NCBI GenBank assembly: GCA_949358305.1
Contig: OX442314.1
Coordinates: 4,960,001-5,024,000 of the forward strand
DNA from: Strigamia acuminata
Taxonomy: Eukaryota
Length of the DNA stretch: 64,000 bases
Reading direction: 5' to 3'
The number at the start of each line of letters is the position of its first letter. Position 1 is the stretch's first letter. Shown piece after piece: positions 12,571-24,829 of the stretch. The position numbers and the translations under genes are program-made. Below the pieces are notes generated by a model, which was not told where the DNA came from, made no database searches, and saw nothing but the letters and a program-made list of their open reading frames with translations.

Positions 12571-13414
12571 ACTTGACACCCATGAAAGCGAAACCCAGCC
12601 GGAATTCGCAAACTCCTCGCCCGCCTCTCCCTCCCCTTTAACCCGAACAAAAGCACTCCTCGCCCCGTCCGACTGCAACAACAGCCGCCACCTTAACAAC
12701 TCGCCTTTATTCTCCTCTTTTGCTCGTTAAAAGCCCACTGCATCCGAGCCAACGCCGCCATAAACGTTGACTCGTGTTTGGCGCCACTAAAAAGCACTCG
12801 CAATTGTCGTTTGTTTCCTTTGCTTTTGCTTTTGTGTTTGCGTCCATCGGGAGATTGCGTGTCCCAAATTAATCCAGCATTCTCCCCGAGGATTCCCTCC
12901 GCACCGACACCGCTCCTAATGGCGACGGTGGGTGCCCCTAAGTGGCCATTACGTGCACTTGCAGCCGACCAATGACTCGTAGTTTGCCCCTGACTGTCGC
13001 GCCATCCGAATCCATTTGCGGCCGCGCGCGCAAGGCTAAAATAAAGGGAAATTATTTGGGCGAATTATTGATGGGCGGCGAAGGGACATCTGGTGGCGAT
13101 TGGACGCGTTTGGCTTTGTTGGTGGAGCTGTCGCGAGTGAGTCACGCGGGCACTCGCTTCCGTTCCATTAGGGTTGGAAATTAACTGGACCGTGTCGAGT
13201 GGGACTGGTGGGTCCTCGAACGGAATGACTTGCTTCCAGATGGCAAATGGATGGGCTTTTTGGGTTTTTTTTGTTTGAAGTTGTGGAAATATTGAAAATG
13301 TATGGAATCTGTGGAGTCTAAACCTATGAAATCTTCTGAAATCTTCTAAAATCCTGGAAAATCTTGGAAATCCATAAAATGTCAGATATAGGCGCGTTCT
13401 ATCTTAAATGGATT

Positions 13415-13650
13415 TTACTGATTTTGTTGATTTTGTTGATTTTGTTGATTTTTTTGATTTTCTTGCTTTTCTTGATTTTTCTTGATTTTCTTGATTTTCT
13501 TGATTTTTTTGATTTTCTTGATTCTTTTAATTCTCTTGATTTTCTTGATTTTCATGATTTTCTTGACTTTCTTGATTATCTTGATTTTTCTTGATTTTTC
13601 TTGATTTTTCTTGATTATCTTGAATCTCTTGATTTTCTTGATTTTCTTGA
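13415..13650. repeat. 9-10-bp TTCTTGATT array
   Basis: Tandem copies. Confidence 0.9.
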
Positions 13651-14899
13651 TTTCGGGAGACTGGAATTGAAAATGAAATCAGATTTCAGAAAATCTAATT
13701 TTGGAAAATCCACATGTAGGATTGCTTTGCTTGATTTCCTTGATTTCCAAGTTGATTTTCAGCCATCTTGAATTGCACATAGAGCGATCAGAGCAGTTAT
13801 TTTTGTTTCCAATTGGGAAAATTGTGATATTTCGGCCGCGTTTGAGCTCTCGAACGCCACCGACTGTGTTTAAATGTCCCCCATTTCAAACAGGAGGTTG
13901 ATCCAAAGATTCACATTTCGCACGTGCGCAGCAGTTAGATTTTTGGAAAATTTAAGGTTAATCAAAGTTGAAATCCGATTTCCTTGATTTCTGAAAATCA
14001 AGAAAATCACGATTTCGGAAATCCATTTAAGATTGAACGCAAATTGTAGCAAAATTGAGCAAAACCTTAAAATAAATCTGACTGAAATTTCCTGAAATCA
14101 CAGCAAATCTTTAATAAATCCTTGGAATCGGTATAGGCCGATATTCGGTTGCCGATTATCGGTATCGGCGATACTGCAAAATATCGATATCAGTCAAAGT
14201 CTAGTATAAATGATTAATCGCATTTTGTGTCATTCTAATTCCTTGAATTGTCCTTGAATCGTCCTTGAACGTCGCCAAGATCCCTGCTTGTCATTCCCTT
14301 TTGTCGTGCACACCTCAACTCCACCAGACGGCGCTCCAACTCCAACCGAGCCAACCATAGCTAATTAAGCAGTAAACAAGACTTTGTTTAGTTTGATTAC
14401 TGCGCGGGCACCAAACTGCGCTCTGGAGAAACTTTACAGCTATGTACACATGTATGTTGACTAAATTGCCGTTTAGTGCGCATGCGCGTCATTTACACGA
14501 GACAAGTTTTTGAAAATTTATCTTAGCGTTCCGAAGATAAATTTACTCGCGTTTCTCTTTCTCTTGGCACGTGATGAAGGAGGAGGAGGAGGAGGAGGAG
14601 AGGAGAAGAAGAAAAAAACAAAGGGAAGTTTGCTTAGATGTTGGAGAAACCAAAGGCAAATGAGGAACGCGGATGAGGGGGATGACTGATTCAATTAAAC
14701 AAAGGCGAACACCTGAGACGCGACAAAGAACGCAATTTTTTTTTTTTTTTTTTTTTTTTTTGACACTAGACGGAGAAATGTTAAAGATGAAGTTTGGATT
14801 ATGTTGGGGGTTGTTTTGGAGTGTTTGATTTGGGGTCTTAAAGCATTAGTTGGTTTTGGGTGGTGAAATAGATAGATGTTTTTAAAAGGTTTTGAAAAT

Positions 14900-15850
14900 T
14901 TGGGCTTTTTGAGGAAAATTTGGGTTTTTTTTAAAGGAAAACTGGGTTTTTTGAGGAAAATTTGTGCATTTAGAGGAAAATTTGGGTTTTTTGAGGAAAA
15001 TTTGGGTTTTTTTTTAGGAAAATTTGTGTATTTTGAGAAAAATTTGTGTATTTTGAGAAAAATTTGTGTATTTTGAGAAAAATTTGTGTATTTTGAGAAA
15101 AATTTGTGTATTTTGAGAAAAATTTGTGTATTTTGAGAAAAATTTGTGTATTTTGAGAAAAATTTGTGTATTTTGAGAAAAATTTGGGTTTTTTGAGGCA
15201 AATTGTGTTTTTGTAAAGCAAGTTTGTTTTTTTTTAAGAAAATTTGTATTTTTTAAGGAAGATTTTTTTTTATGGAAAATTTGTATTTTTATGGAAAATG
15301 TGTATTTTTATGGAAAATGTGTATTTTTAAGAAAAATGTGTATTTTTATGGAAAATTTGTATTTTTATGGAAAATTTGTATTTTTATATAAAATTTGTAT
15401 TTTTATATAAAATTTGTATTTTTATATAAAATTTGTATTTTTATGGAAAATTTGTATTTTTTATGGAAAATTTGTATTTTTATGGAAAATTTGTATTTTT
15501 ATGGAAAATGTGTATTTTTATGGAAAATGTGTATTTTTAAGAAAAATGTGTATTTTTATGGAAAATTTGTATTTTTATGGAAAATTTGTATTTTTATATA
15601 AAATTTGTATTTTTATGGAAAATTTGTATTTTTTATGGAAAATTTGTATTTTTATGGAAAATTTGTATTTTTATGGAAAATTTGTATTTTTTATGGAAAA
15701 TTTGTATTTTTATGGAAAATTTGTATTTTTATGGAAAATTTGTATTTTTATGGAAAATTTGTATTTTTATGGAAAATTTGTAATTTTATGAAAAATTTGT
15801 AATTTTATGGAAAATTTGTATTTTTATGGAAAATTTGTATTTTTTAAGAA
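14900..15850. repeat. 20-bp and 19-20-bp minisatellites
   Basis: TTTTGAGAAAAATTTGTGTA followed by ATGGAAAATTTGTATTTTT. Confidence 0.95.
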
Positions 15851-18800
15851 TTATTTGTTTTTAGAAAAATTTATGTTTTTGAGTATTTAGGATTTCTAAG
15901 GAACATTAAAAGTTTTTCTTCACTTTGGTTATTTATGGAAATTTATATTTTTCTTGAGAAATTTTCAGCTTTCTCCTAAGAAAATTCCAGTTTCTGACTT
16001 TTTCTTAAGGAAATTTATATTCCCCTAAAGAAATTCACGTTTATTCAGTAAAATCTCGCCTTTCCTAACGAAAAATTTGCTATTTCTTACTGAAAATTTC
16101 ATCCTTTTTTTAACCAAATTTGAACATATTTTCTATCCAAACAAAGAAAAACAAAATAAACAAATGAACAAATTAAAAAAAAAGCCGCATTTTGTGATAC
16201 ATTTCGTTTCGAATTTCCGTTTGCAAAACTTCCTTGAGCCAAACTAGTTATCATGTGGAACGCGTCTCGCTCGGGTGTGCCCATACATCATGCGACTGTC
16301 AGAACGTGCGCGGGTGACGCGGTCAAAGGTCACAACGAGCATCTTGCTTTGTCTACGTCTAATCGCCAAACTCCCTCTGGTGTTAGACATTTCAATTTGC
16401 TACCAACAACTTTGAAATCGAAATTGCGACCGAAACAAAACTTTTCTTTCTTTTTCTTTTCTTCTATTTATTTCTTTTTGGTAAATAAAACGAATTGCAG
16501 TGTCAACGTTTGGTCGTTGTGCGGACGTTTTAAGTGCGTTTCCGTTTCTTACTTTAAGAGGAATTCGATTTTTTTTTTTTTTTTGGGGGGGGGTGGGGGG
16601 GCATTTGATCAATTTTTATAAAATTTATATCATCTCGTGGGTAACTGACCATCTTGCAATGGCCACTCGTGGAAAAATTGATTTTTGGTGTTTATAAATT
16701 GGGCGGGTTTTGTCGATATGTCGATATCCAAAATGGAGTTTTTTTTTTGGTTTTGTTTGTTTAATTCAGAAAAAAATCCAAAATGGAGAATTTGGAAATT
16801 TGAATTAATTTTAGTTAAAAATGGCGGTTTTTTTTTTGGGGGAGGGGGGGGTGGGACAATCAAAATTAGGGTTATTTAAATTGGAATTTAAAAAATTAAA
16901 AAATAAAATCTAAAATGGCGATTTGTTGGGAAATTTTTAAATTGAAACTAATTCTAATCCAAAATGGCAGAAAGTTGAATGAAAAAAAATCGAATTTAAA
17001 ATAGCTAAAATGGAGAAATTTAATAAAAACCAAAATGGTTGAACGAATTTGAAATAAAATTCAAAATGCAGAATTTGAAATAAAAAAAATTGACAACAAA
17101 TTTGAAATAAAAAAATGGACAACAAATTTGAAACAAAAATTCACAAATTCTCATTTTTCACCATCCAAAACCCAAAATGGCCGATCTTTAAAAAACCCAA
17201 AAAAAAATCCAGTTGAGCGCAATCTTTGTCGCCGTCTGAAACGCCGTGACAGCTCCTCTCGCACTTTCTCCGCGAAAAGACGAATGGCCGGCCTCTGCCC
17301 CCCCACACACAACCCGCTTCAAACGTTCCATTTTTTCCTCCACGTGCGTTTCGATCGCGCTTCCCTTAAAGACGAGACGACCCGCCGTCCCAGACAGCCA
17401 TAGATTGACCGATCGACGCATGCGCAACACCCCCACACCCCCACACACACTCGCGTGACTCGCATTCATGCAAAATAAAATAAATGATATTTATCGTTTG
17501 TGAGGGAGAGAACGGGGGCGGCCATTTGTATCCGATTAACGCGTACAAAGTGTTCATTTTGTCGAGCGATAAATTAGGAAACAACGCTCTCATTAACAGG
17601 TATAAAACTGCTGGTATTCAAAGGGGCGATGATTTACGACTCGTTATGTTTCGATTGACGCTTTTCAACTGCCGAGTACGCTCCACTAAATCAACGTCGC
17701 ACTCGAAATGCGACAATTTATCCCCGCCATTTTGACTTTTTTATTTTTATTTTCATTTCCCACAAAATTTATTATTCAATTGTTGTTGTTGTTTTCTTCT
17801 CTTTTTTCTTAGGACGCGTTTTTCGACATTCTTTGCGGGATTTGAGACGAGACTACCCTGACAATCGTTTTGCTAAACCAACATCTAAAACTGTTTGGAA
17901 ATTATTTACTGTGAACCAGACTTTTTGATCACCCTGTACGTCGCTGCGTGTTAACCAGTCCCCAAGCTGCCGTGAATAAGACCATAACCGTCACGAAGTA
18001 TTGGAAGAATGTTACTCGCCGACGCAATTGGGGGTGATGGATTCCACGGCATTCTGATATGACGTTTGTGTTATTGATGGTATAGTACACTGCACTATTT
18101 ACCATTGTTGGCTGTCAAGGAATTCTATTTTCAAACTGGTTATGCCATTTGTTTCCTAATAGAGGAAGAACCGGCTCGCACATTTGACATGTCGATACCA
18201 ACACAATGGGGAATTTGTGCAACAAGCCGATAATGAAAACCGATATGCCGTTGCTATTTTTCCCAGCGGTGCTCAACTAATCACTCGGGAAGGCCAGTTA
18301 TGGCCTCGCGGTGAGAAATGCGCAATGGAAAAATAGTCTAAAAGATTCATCCAACCACCACTAGAGGACAAGCATTTAAGGCCCCGCGCTGTAGCGTGAC
18401 CCCAGGGCCCCAAGAGGCGGATTTATAGCCTGGGAGCTCCTTTTGGGGCCGGAAATCCGCCTCTGGGGCTTCCTGGGGGGGCCCCGAAGGCGGATTTACC
18501 ATCTGGTGCCCCGAAGGCGGATTTACCATCTGGGGCCCCGAAGGCGGATGGGCCCCGAAGGCGGATTTACCTTCTGGGGCCCCTGGACACCAAAGATCCC
18601 AAATTCTCCTTCAATAAAAATCAGTCATCGTGTTTTGTCGACGTCTGGTTCAACGGAAACATGCGACCGGCCTGCGTTGGACGTTGGACGGCGGATCGAA
18701 CAAACGAGGTCTTCGGGTTTTATATATAAAAATAAAAAGTCTAGCAAAGAGGATAAAGTAAAGCTGGAAATGTTATCCGCTCGCAGACATCGTTATTAAA

Positions 18801-20389
18801 TATCGAAGACGACGCATATCCGTTAAATAAACAATAAGCCGCACGCCGGAGTCGGACTCCCCAGAGATGAGTGTTTGCGGGCGAATTTGTCATCAGGCGG
18901 AGGTTCGTGTTACGAGACGGGAAAATCCATCGAGACAGAGGCATTCTTGGCTTTCCTGCTGCCGGGACATCGGAGCTATCCGAACGACAGATTTGGAGAT
19001 AATGACGTAATCACTGGTTAACCAATGAGACAAAGACATGTCATGCGATGTTCACTTCATCTATTTTTTTCATGAAACCTGAAATATTCTATACTTATGT
19101 CACTCCCATTTTTTAGTAAAATCATAGCCAAATTTATTTTTCTAGAAAAATTGTAAAACTGTTTATTTTAAACGCATTCCAATGACAAAATACTTTTATT
19201 AAAAAATTGGTTTGATTCCAGATGAAGTGTAAAAAAAATATTAAAAAAATCTGATTACCGGTATTCTATACTTACGGCACAAAACTATGAACTTTTTGAA
19301 ATTTTTGAAGTTTTATACATATTCCAACATGCCGGGGTGCCTTGCACCCCTCGTACTTCTGCTTAACTCTCCTGCAACTATTTGTCAACGTCTGTATACA
19401 CTACACAGGGTGTTTATTTCAACTGATTTGTTTTCATTTTGAAACGGAAACATTTAACTTAAGATGACTAAGATAAGTTGGTTAGTACTAATTTGATGGT
19501 GCTCTACAACTTTGTAATTGGAAATTTTGCTCTATCTCGACCAGTTAACGGGTCAGCGAATGAAAAGTGCATTGTTGCATGTCTAGCATAAAAATTGATT
19601 ACACTATTGGATTGGTCATCCCTACTTTGCTGCAGGCTAGTCTACTTGGTTTTTTGAAAAAGCAGATACTTATTCTGGAAATTGACTGTAACGTCTTAAA
19701 CGAGAAAGTATCAGCGCCCGATGCAAGGACGCTCCTTCGTTGGGATGCCGGCAACTGGATAAATCATTTCTGTCGACTCCAACTTCCTGCTAGGCCAGCA
19801 CTTAACCGGAAGCGGTTGAGATTGCGTTAGAGGGTTGGCGGGGGGGTGGGGGTGGGGCAGTTGGGGGTGTTAATTGCTGAATGACTCCGACTTGGATTTC
19901 TCCCAGCAATTCAATTACAAGTTTGGCCGTCAGGGATTACATTGTAACTCGAGCTAACGAGGGTGAGTTGAGGAGGGAGGGAAAAAAATCTCCGGGGATA
20001 GAATATTGACGATTCATTAACGCGGGTATCAAGGTCCTAATAAGGGATGGGCCTCCTCTGGCACTCGGAACACGCGAGTCTTTGTTTCCATTTAGATTGA
20101 AAAGCTGTGAATTAAGTGGAATTAAACATGAGGATTGTCACCTTCCATTTTTTCAAGTAGGGCCCCACAGAAAACGATTAGTAGGAGAAGGGCCCTTGTT
20201 ATACTTGTGCGACAGTGGTACGTAATAAAGTTGACGTGTTTTATGCGGATTAAAGTGTGCTCTACAAGTTTGTAATTGGAAATTTTGCCTTGACTTTGAG
20301 GGTGTCTGAGATAGTAATGAAATAACGTTGAAAAAATATTTCGAGGTTATCAAAGGCCCATTGAAAAGAAAACACTTGACTTGCTGTTA

Positions 20390-21177
20390 CAGTCGAAACT
20401 CTTTATAACGAATCGGGATATAACGAATTATCGATATAACGAATATCTAAAAATGGATGGTTTGGTCGGCTGGCCATAGATCACCATGTTGATAATTTTT
20501 CGATAAAACGAATTCTCGTTCTAACGAATTGATTTTTTGGGTTTCTTGCAATTCGTTATAAAGAATTTCGACTAGGGTTTCTCTACTGGTATAAACTCGT
20601 ATCAAAAACCGGTATTTTTTAAGAAAATACCAAATACTGTTTTTTGTTTGGTATTGGTACCGGTCTCTGCAATAATGACATTTATAACGACGTTGAATGG
20701 CATTTTTTTAAACATAAAAATGCGAAGTTATCGATTTTTTAACTTAAAAATGTGAATTTTTTTATATTTATAAGTAAAAATTACAACTTTATCGAATTTT
20801 TTCTACATAAAAATGAGAATATATCGATTTTGTAACTAAAAAATGAGAATTTATCGAATTTCTTAACTTAAAATCTTATAAACTCTCAATTTACCATTTT
20901 AAAAAAAAATTCAATTTCAACTAATAAAACCAACACCTGATAACATAACAACCCCACATTCATCAAACTGCTACAACCCATTCAAAATAATATTTAAAAA
21001 TAAATAAACAAAAACTACAATTAAAACATTACGATTAAAATAAAAATATTTAACATTGTAGCTATTTTATTATACTTAATTACCGAAAAATACCAGTTTA
21101 CCGGTTTTTTGAATATTGAATACCGAACTACCTGTTTTACCAAAAGTCCCGATTTGGAGAAACCCTACTTTCGACTG
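20390..21177. mobile_element. pogo/Tigger-like MITE with a nested insertion
   Basis: TA|CAGTCGAAACTCTTTATAACGAA at left; TTCGTTATAAAGAATTTCGACT...G at right, interrupted at 20574-21166; same family as 36659-38585. Confidence 0.75.
20574..21166. mobile_element. Short-TIR element with about 10-bp TSD (Mutator-like) carrying an internal A/T-tract repeat
   Basis: TIRs AGGGTTTCTC / GAGAAACCCT; flanks AATTTCGACT (20564-20573) and ACTTTCGACT (21167-21176); degenerate repeat of about 31 bp at 20700-20880. Confidence 0.65.
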
Positions 21178-22632
21178 TCCATCAAAATCTCCGAACTTTC
21201 CCGCCCAGTCCTATCCAAATTATTTTGAATCAACTAGTATACAGTATATCGCTAAAAAGACCCATCAACCCAACTTGCACACCGTCCCACCAACTTCTTG
21301 CTACACCACCGCACGGCGGCAGCACAAGCCCGCCCCAAAGTGGCCAAAGCCGAAAGCCGGAGTTATTGTCCGTAAAAAGGCGAGGCACGATGCAACTGCT
21401 TAAAAGGCATCCATGCAGTGCAGTCAGTGTTAAGTTTTCAAATTTACGAGGGTCAAATGATAATAATTAAGCCGGCAACAATTGTCAGAAACGCATTTAG
21501 TGTCCATCCATCCACGAAACGAAATTAATAATCGTTAACTGCAACTGATGCGTGCGAGTGCAGCGGCGCATTGGCCTTTGGCCTCGGCTTGCATTGCATG
21601 AATGATATCCCAACTAACAACTGCAGCGGCTCCGCTCGCGCACTTCGCTCACGTTGCTTGTTAGCTCCGACTTAACACCAAATTACGCCGCCAGAGACCC
21701 TGACACGCTGCTAATGAAAGCGCTTTACACGACGGCGGCGCGCACTCGTAACCTCGTTTGCTGCAACTTTCGTGTCATTTATCAATTGCGGAACGAAAGA
21801 TCAGGCCGGACGGACGTGTTATTGATCCGTGAGTGATTGAATTCCATGAGCCGTACTGATTTGATGGCTAAAATGGCGAACTCTTCGTGAATGAACAAAA
21901 AAGCGTTGGGCGAGGCCTCCTGTGGGGAATTTTAAGTACCAGGACGTGCGGGTTTATTCTAAGCCGTGGCCCGGTGGGTTTGATGAATTAAAAATTGGGA
22001 CGAATGGGAGTTGGCTTTTGATTTTGGTTTTTTTTTTTTTTTTTTTTTTTTTTAGGTTTGGGGAAGGGAAAAAATGGAGGGATCGGTGCGGGGAGGCGGA
22101 ACGGTAATGGGGAGCAGTGGCGGAATTTTGAATTGGCTGAAAAAGCATTTCGAAGTGAAAAAATGCATTTGCGGGCAGCAGAGTACATTTTGAAGTGAAA
22201 AAAAAATACATTTTGAGGTGAAGAAATGATTTTTGAAGTATAAAAATAAAATTTGAAGTAAAAAAATTGCATTTTCAAGTGAAGGAATGCATTTTTAAAA
22301 TGGAAAAAGGTCTTTTTTTCTTTCCAAAAACGGTCATTTTTAAAGGCTTTAATTTAACTTAACTTGAATGTTTGTTTGTATGTTTGTTTCATCTTCCGGT
22401 GCAAAGTAGCGCCACCACTGGATGCCAGATTGTCAGGTTCAACTCTGAATCTGTTTCGTTTTTAATAGATTCAATAAATTCTGAAACCAAGTTAGTCCTG
22501 GTTAAAATAAAAATTCCTATCTGCCCATTGCAAAAAAGGTCCTTTTTTCATTACAAAAACTATCCTATTTTCCTTCCTAAAACGGTCATATTTTCCTTCC
22601 TAAGACGGCCAAATATTCCTTCCTAAGACGGT

Positions 22633-24222
22633 TGTGACGGTTACACTGTCATACACTTTGCTAGTTTAGGACGATTATTCTGTCAATAGATGGCGCTGAT
22701 ACGTTTTAGCGGTAATTTTGAATTTCGATTATTTTTGAGTGAATAAAATATAAATTATCATTTACGGAGTATATTTTATTCTCCTTCAAGTTTAAACAAT
22801 TATTAAACACTTTTGGATGTTCTAATATTAGTTGATTTGTTTGTCACATAATTCTATTGAATTATGTGCAAACTTCACACCTGGTGTAGTCACCCTTCAC
22901 CACCCACTGTGAGTTGGACTCCTTTCGGATTATAGTCAAAAGGACTTAATCCAAAGTGTGTCCTGCTTATCCAGTTCCTGTAGTGGACCTAGTAGAAGAC
23001 TATGTCCTAGGTATCCCCTGCCAAAGAGCTAGGATTGGATGAATTAGGTTGCCCAGTGATCCCATTGGATCAGTGAACAGCCCATTCTCCTCCCAGAGTA
23101 CATACTCCCGTGCAAACCGGATGCTCTTGCTCTTGTTCTTGGTTTTGTTCTGATTCTGATACTGATATTTACTTGAGCACATATTATACTTCACTTCGTT
23201 CCGACAATCCGTTGTAGAAATACTTGATATTTAGTGTAAGAATCTAGAGTGGGTAGAAGACTCACAGACACACTGCCCGCCTCTTCATGCCAACATCCCG
23301 TTGTAGAAATAGTAAGTTTACTTGCATTTAAGTGTAGATTCTAGAGTGGGGTACAACCCACAGACACACTCCCTCCCGCTTCATGCCAACATCCCGTTGT
23401 AGAATGTAGAATCTAGAGTGGAGTAATTCACAGACGCATTATAATGTAGTATCTAGAGTGGAGTAAAACTTCACAGACGCATTATTGGGGTAACCGAGCG
23501 GAGTAATTTCCCGGTTACTCTCCCGCCAGCCAGAACCGAGCGGAGTAATTTCCCAGCAATGGATAACCTTTCCTGCGAGAAACTTCTGATTTAATTTGTT
23601 GTTGGTTTGATGGAACATTTGAGCAAGGCTTAAATGTTGATTGCACTTGGGGCAAAAATAGCTTGGCGCTATTTTAATTTATCCTTTATTTTTACAGTTA
23701 TTTCTTCAGCCTCGTGAATTTATATGAATATTTATTCACCTTGTTTTCACATTGTTACATCTCGCGGTAATTATTAAGTTCAATAATTACCAGCGATGCG
23801 ATGTGATGTGTGATGTGTGTGACGATATGGAAAAGTCAACAGTACCTCTCGGATATAATCCACACAAGCCTAACCATTACACACCTTTCAGAACCAACCC
23901 AGGATCAGTTAGATGTTAGAACCATGCAAACCCATTTAAGACAACATCTTTTACGTCCCGATAATAAGACCGTTACATATTCTTATTATCCGACTGAAAA
24001 CCGCAAGTGATATTATTTTAGGGCTTTTGTCCACCAATTGTATATTTTAAAGTGAAGTTATTTTAGCCATTTGTAGACCTAGTATTTATATAAGTTCCAA
24101 CTTGTAATAAATTGTTATATGTTTTGAGAAAACATGCAAGCCTCGTTTTTACACTTATAATTCACATGCAGTTCACACTTTAATTGTTATGCAATTGATA
24201 TCTTGAAAAGGTAATTGTCACA
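22633..24222. mobile_element. Probable solo LTR (about 1.6 kb) inserted into a 23-bp minisatellite
   Basis: TGTGACGGTTAC ... GTAATTGTCACA termini; near-perfect 4-bp TSD CGGT/CGGC; the TTCCTTCCTAAGACGG repeat resumes on both sides; internal TCTAGAGTGG repeats; AATAAA near 24106. Confidence 0.7.
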
Positions 24223-24829
24223 CGGCCGTATTTTCCTTCCCAAGACGGCCGTATTTTCCTTCCCAAGACGGCCGTATTTTCCTTTCCAAGACGGCCGTAT
24301 TTTCCTTTCCAAGACGGCCGTATTTTCCTTCCTAAGACGGCCGTATTTTCCTTCCTAACACGGCCGTATTATCCTTCCTAAGACGGCCGTATTTTCCTTC
24401 CTAAGACGGCCATACTTTCCTTTCTAAGACGGCCGTATTTTTCTTCCTAACACGGCCATATTTTCCTTTCTAAAACGGTCCTTTTTTCCAACAAAACACG
24501 GTCCTTTTTTCTCCTTCAAAATACGGTCCTTTTTTCCAATCAAATATGATCCTTTTTTGCAACAAAAAATTCACATTTTTGAAACAAAAAATGCACATTT
24601 TGAAAATAAAATCGTTGTACTATAGTATAATCCTAAAATTCAGTTTCAGGACATAATAAATAATTTTTGCAATTCATTTAATGTGGATTCTCGATCGCTT
24701 ATCTTTCTGATTGGAGGCGATAGTTCAAATTCCATTTACTGATTTTTTTTCTTTGGTTTTGCACATAAAATTTATTACATAGAAAACTTTACAAATAAAT
24801 AAATGGACATTTCGCACTTATCGCGAGCA

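Noticed and set aside
19831..19870. G-quadruplex-forming G runs (also 1762-1790 and 54993-55022)
   Set aside because: Explained most simply as extremes of the G/T-rich island ends; no independent evidence of function.
19020..20290. Repeated motifs ATTCTATACTTA (about 19086, 19263) and CTACAA(C/G)TTTGTAATTGGAAATTTTGC (about 19504, 20260)
   Set aside because: Probably DNA-transposon fragments, but no termini or TSD could be defined.
780..22600. Conserved miRNA, tRNA or snRNA genes in the gene-free region
   Set aside because: No match to mature sequences I could recall was seen by eye; an Infernal/Rfam scan is needed to exclude them.
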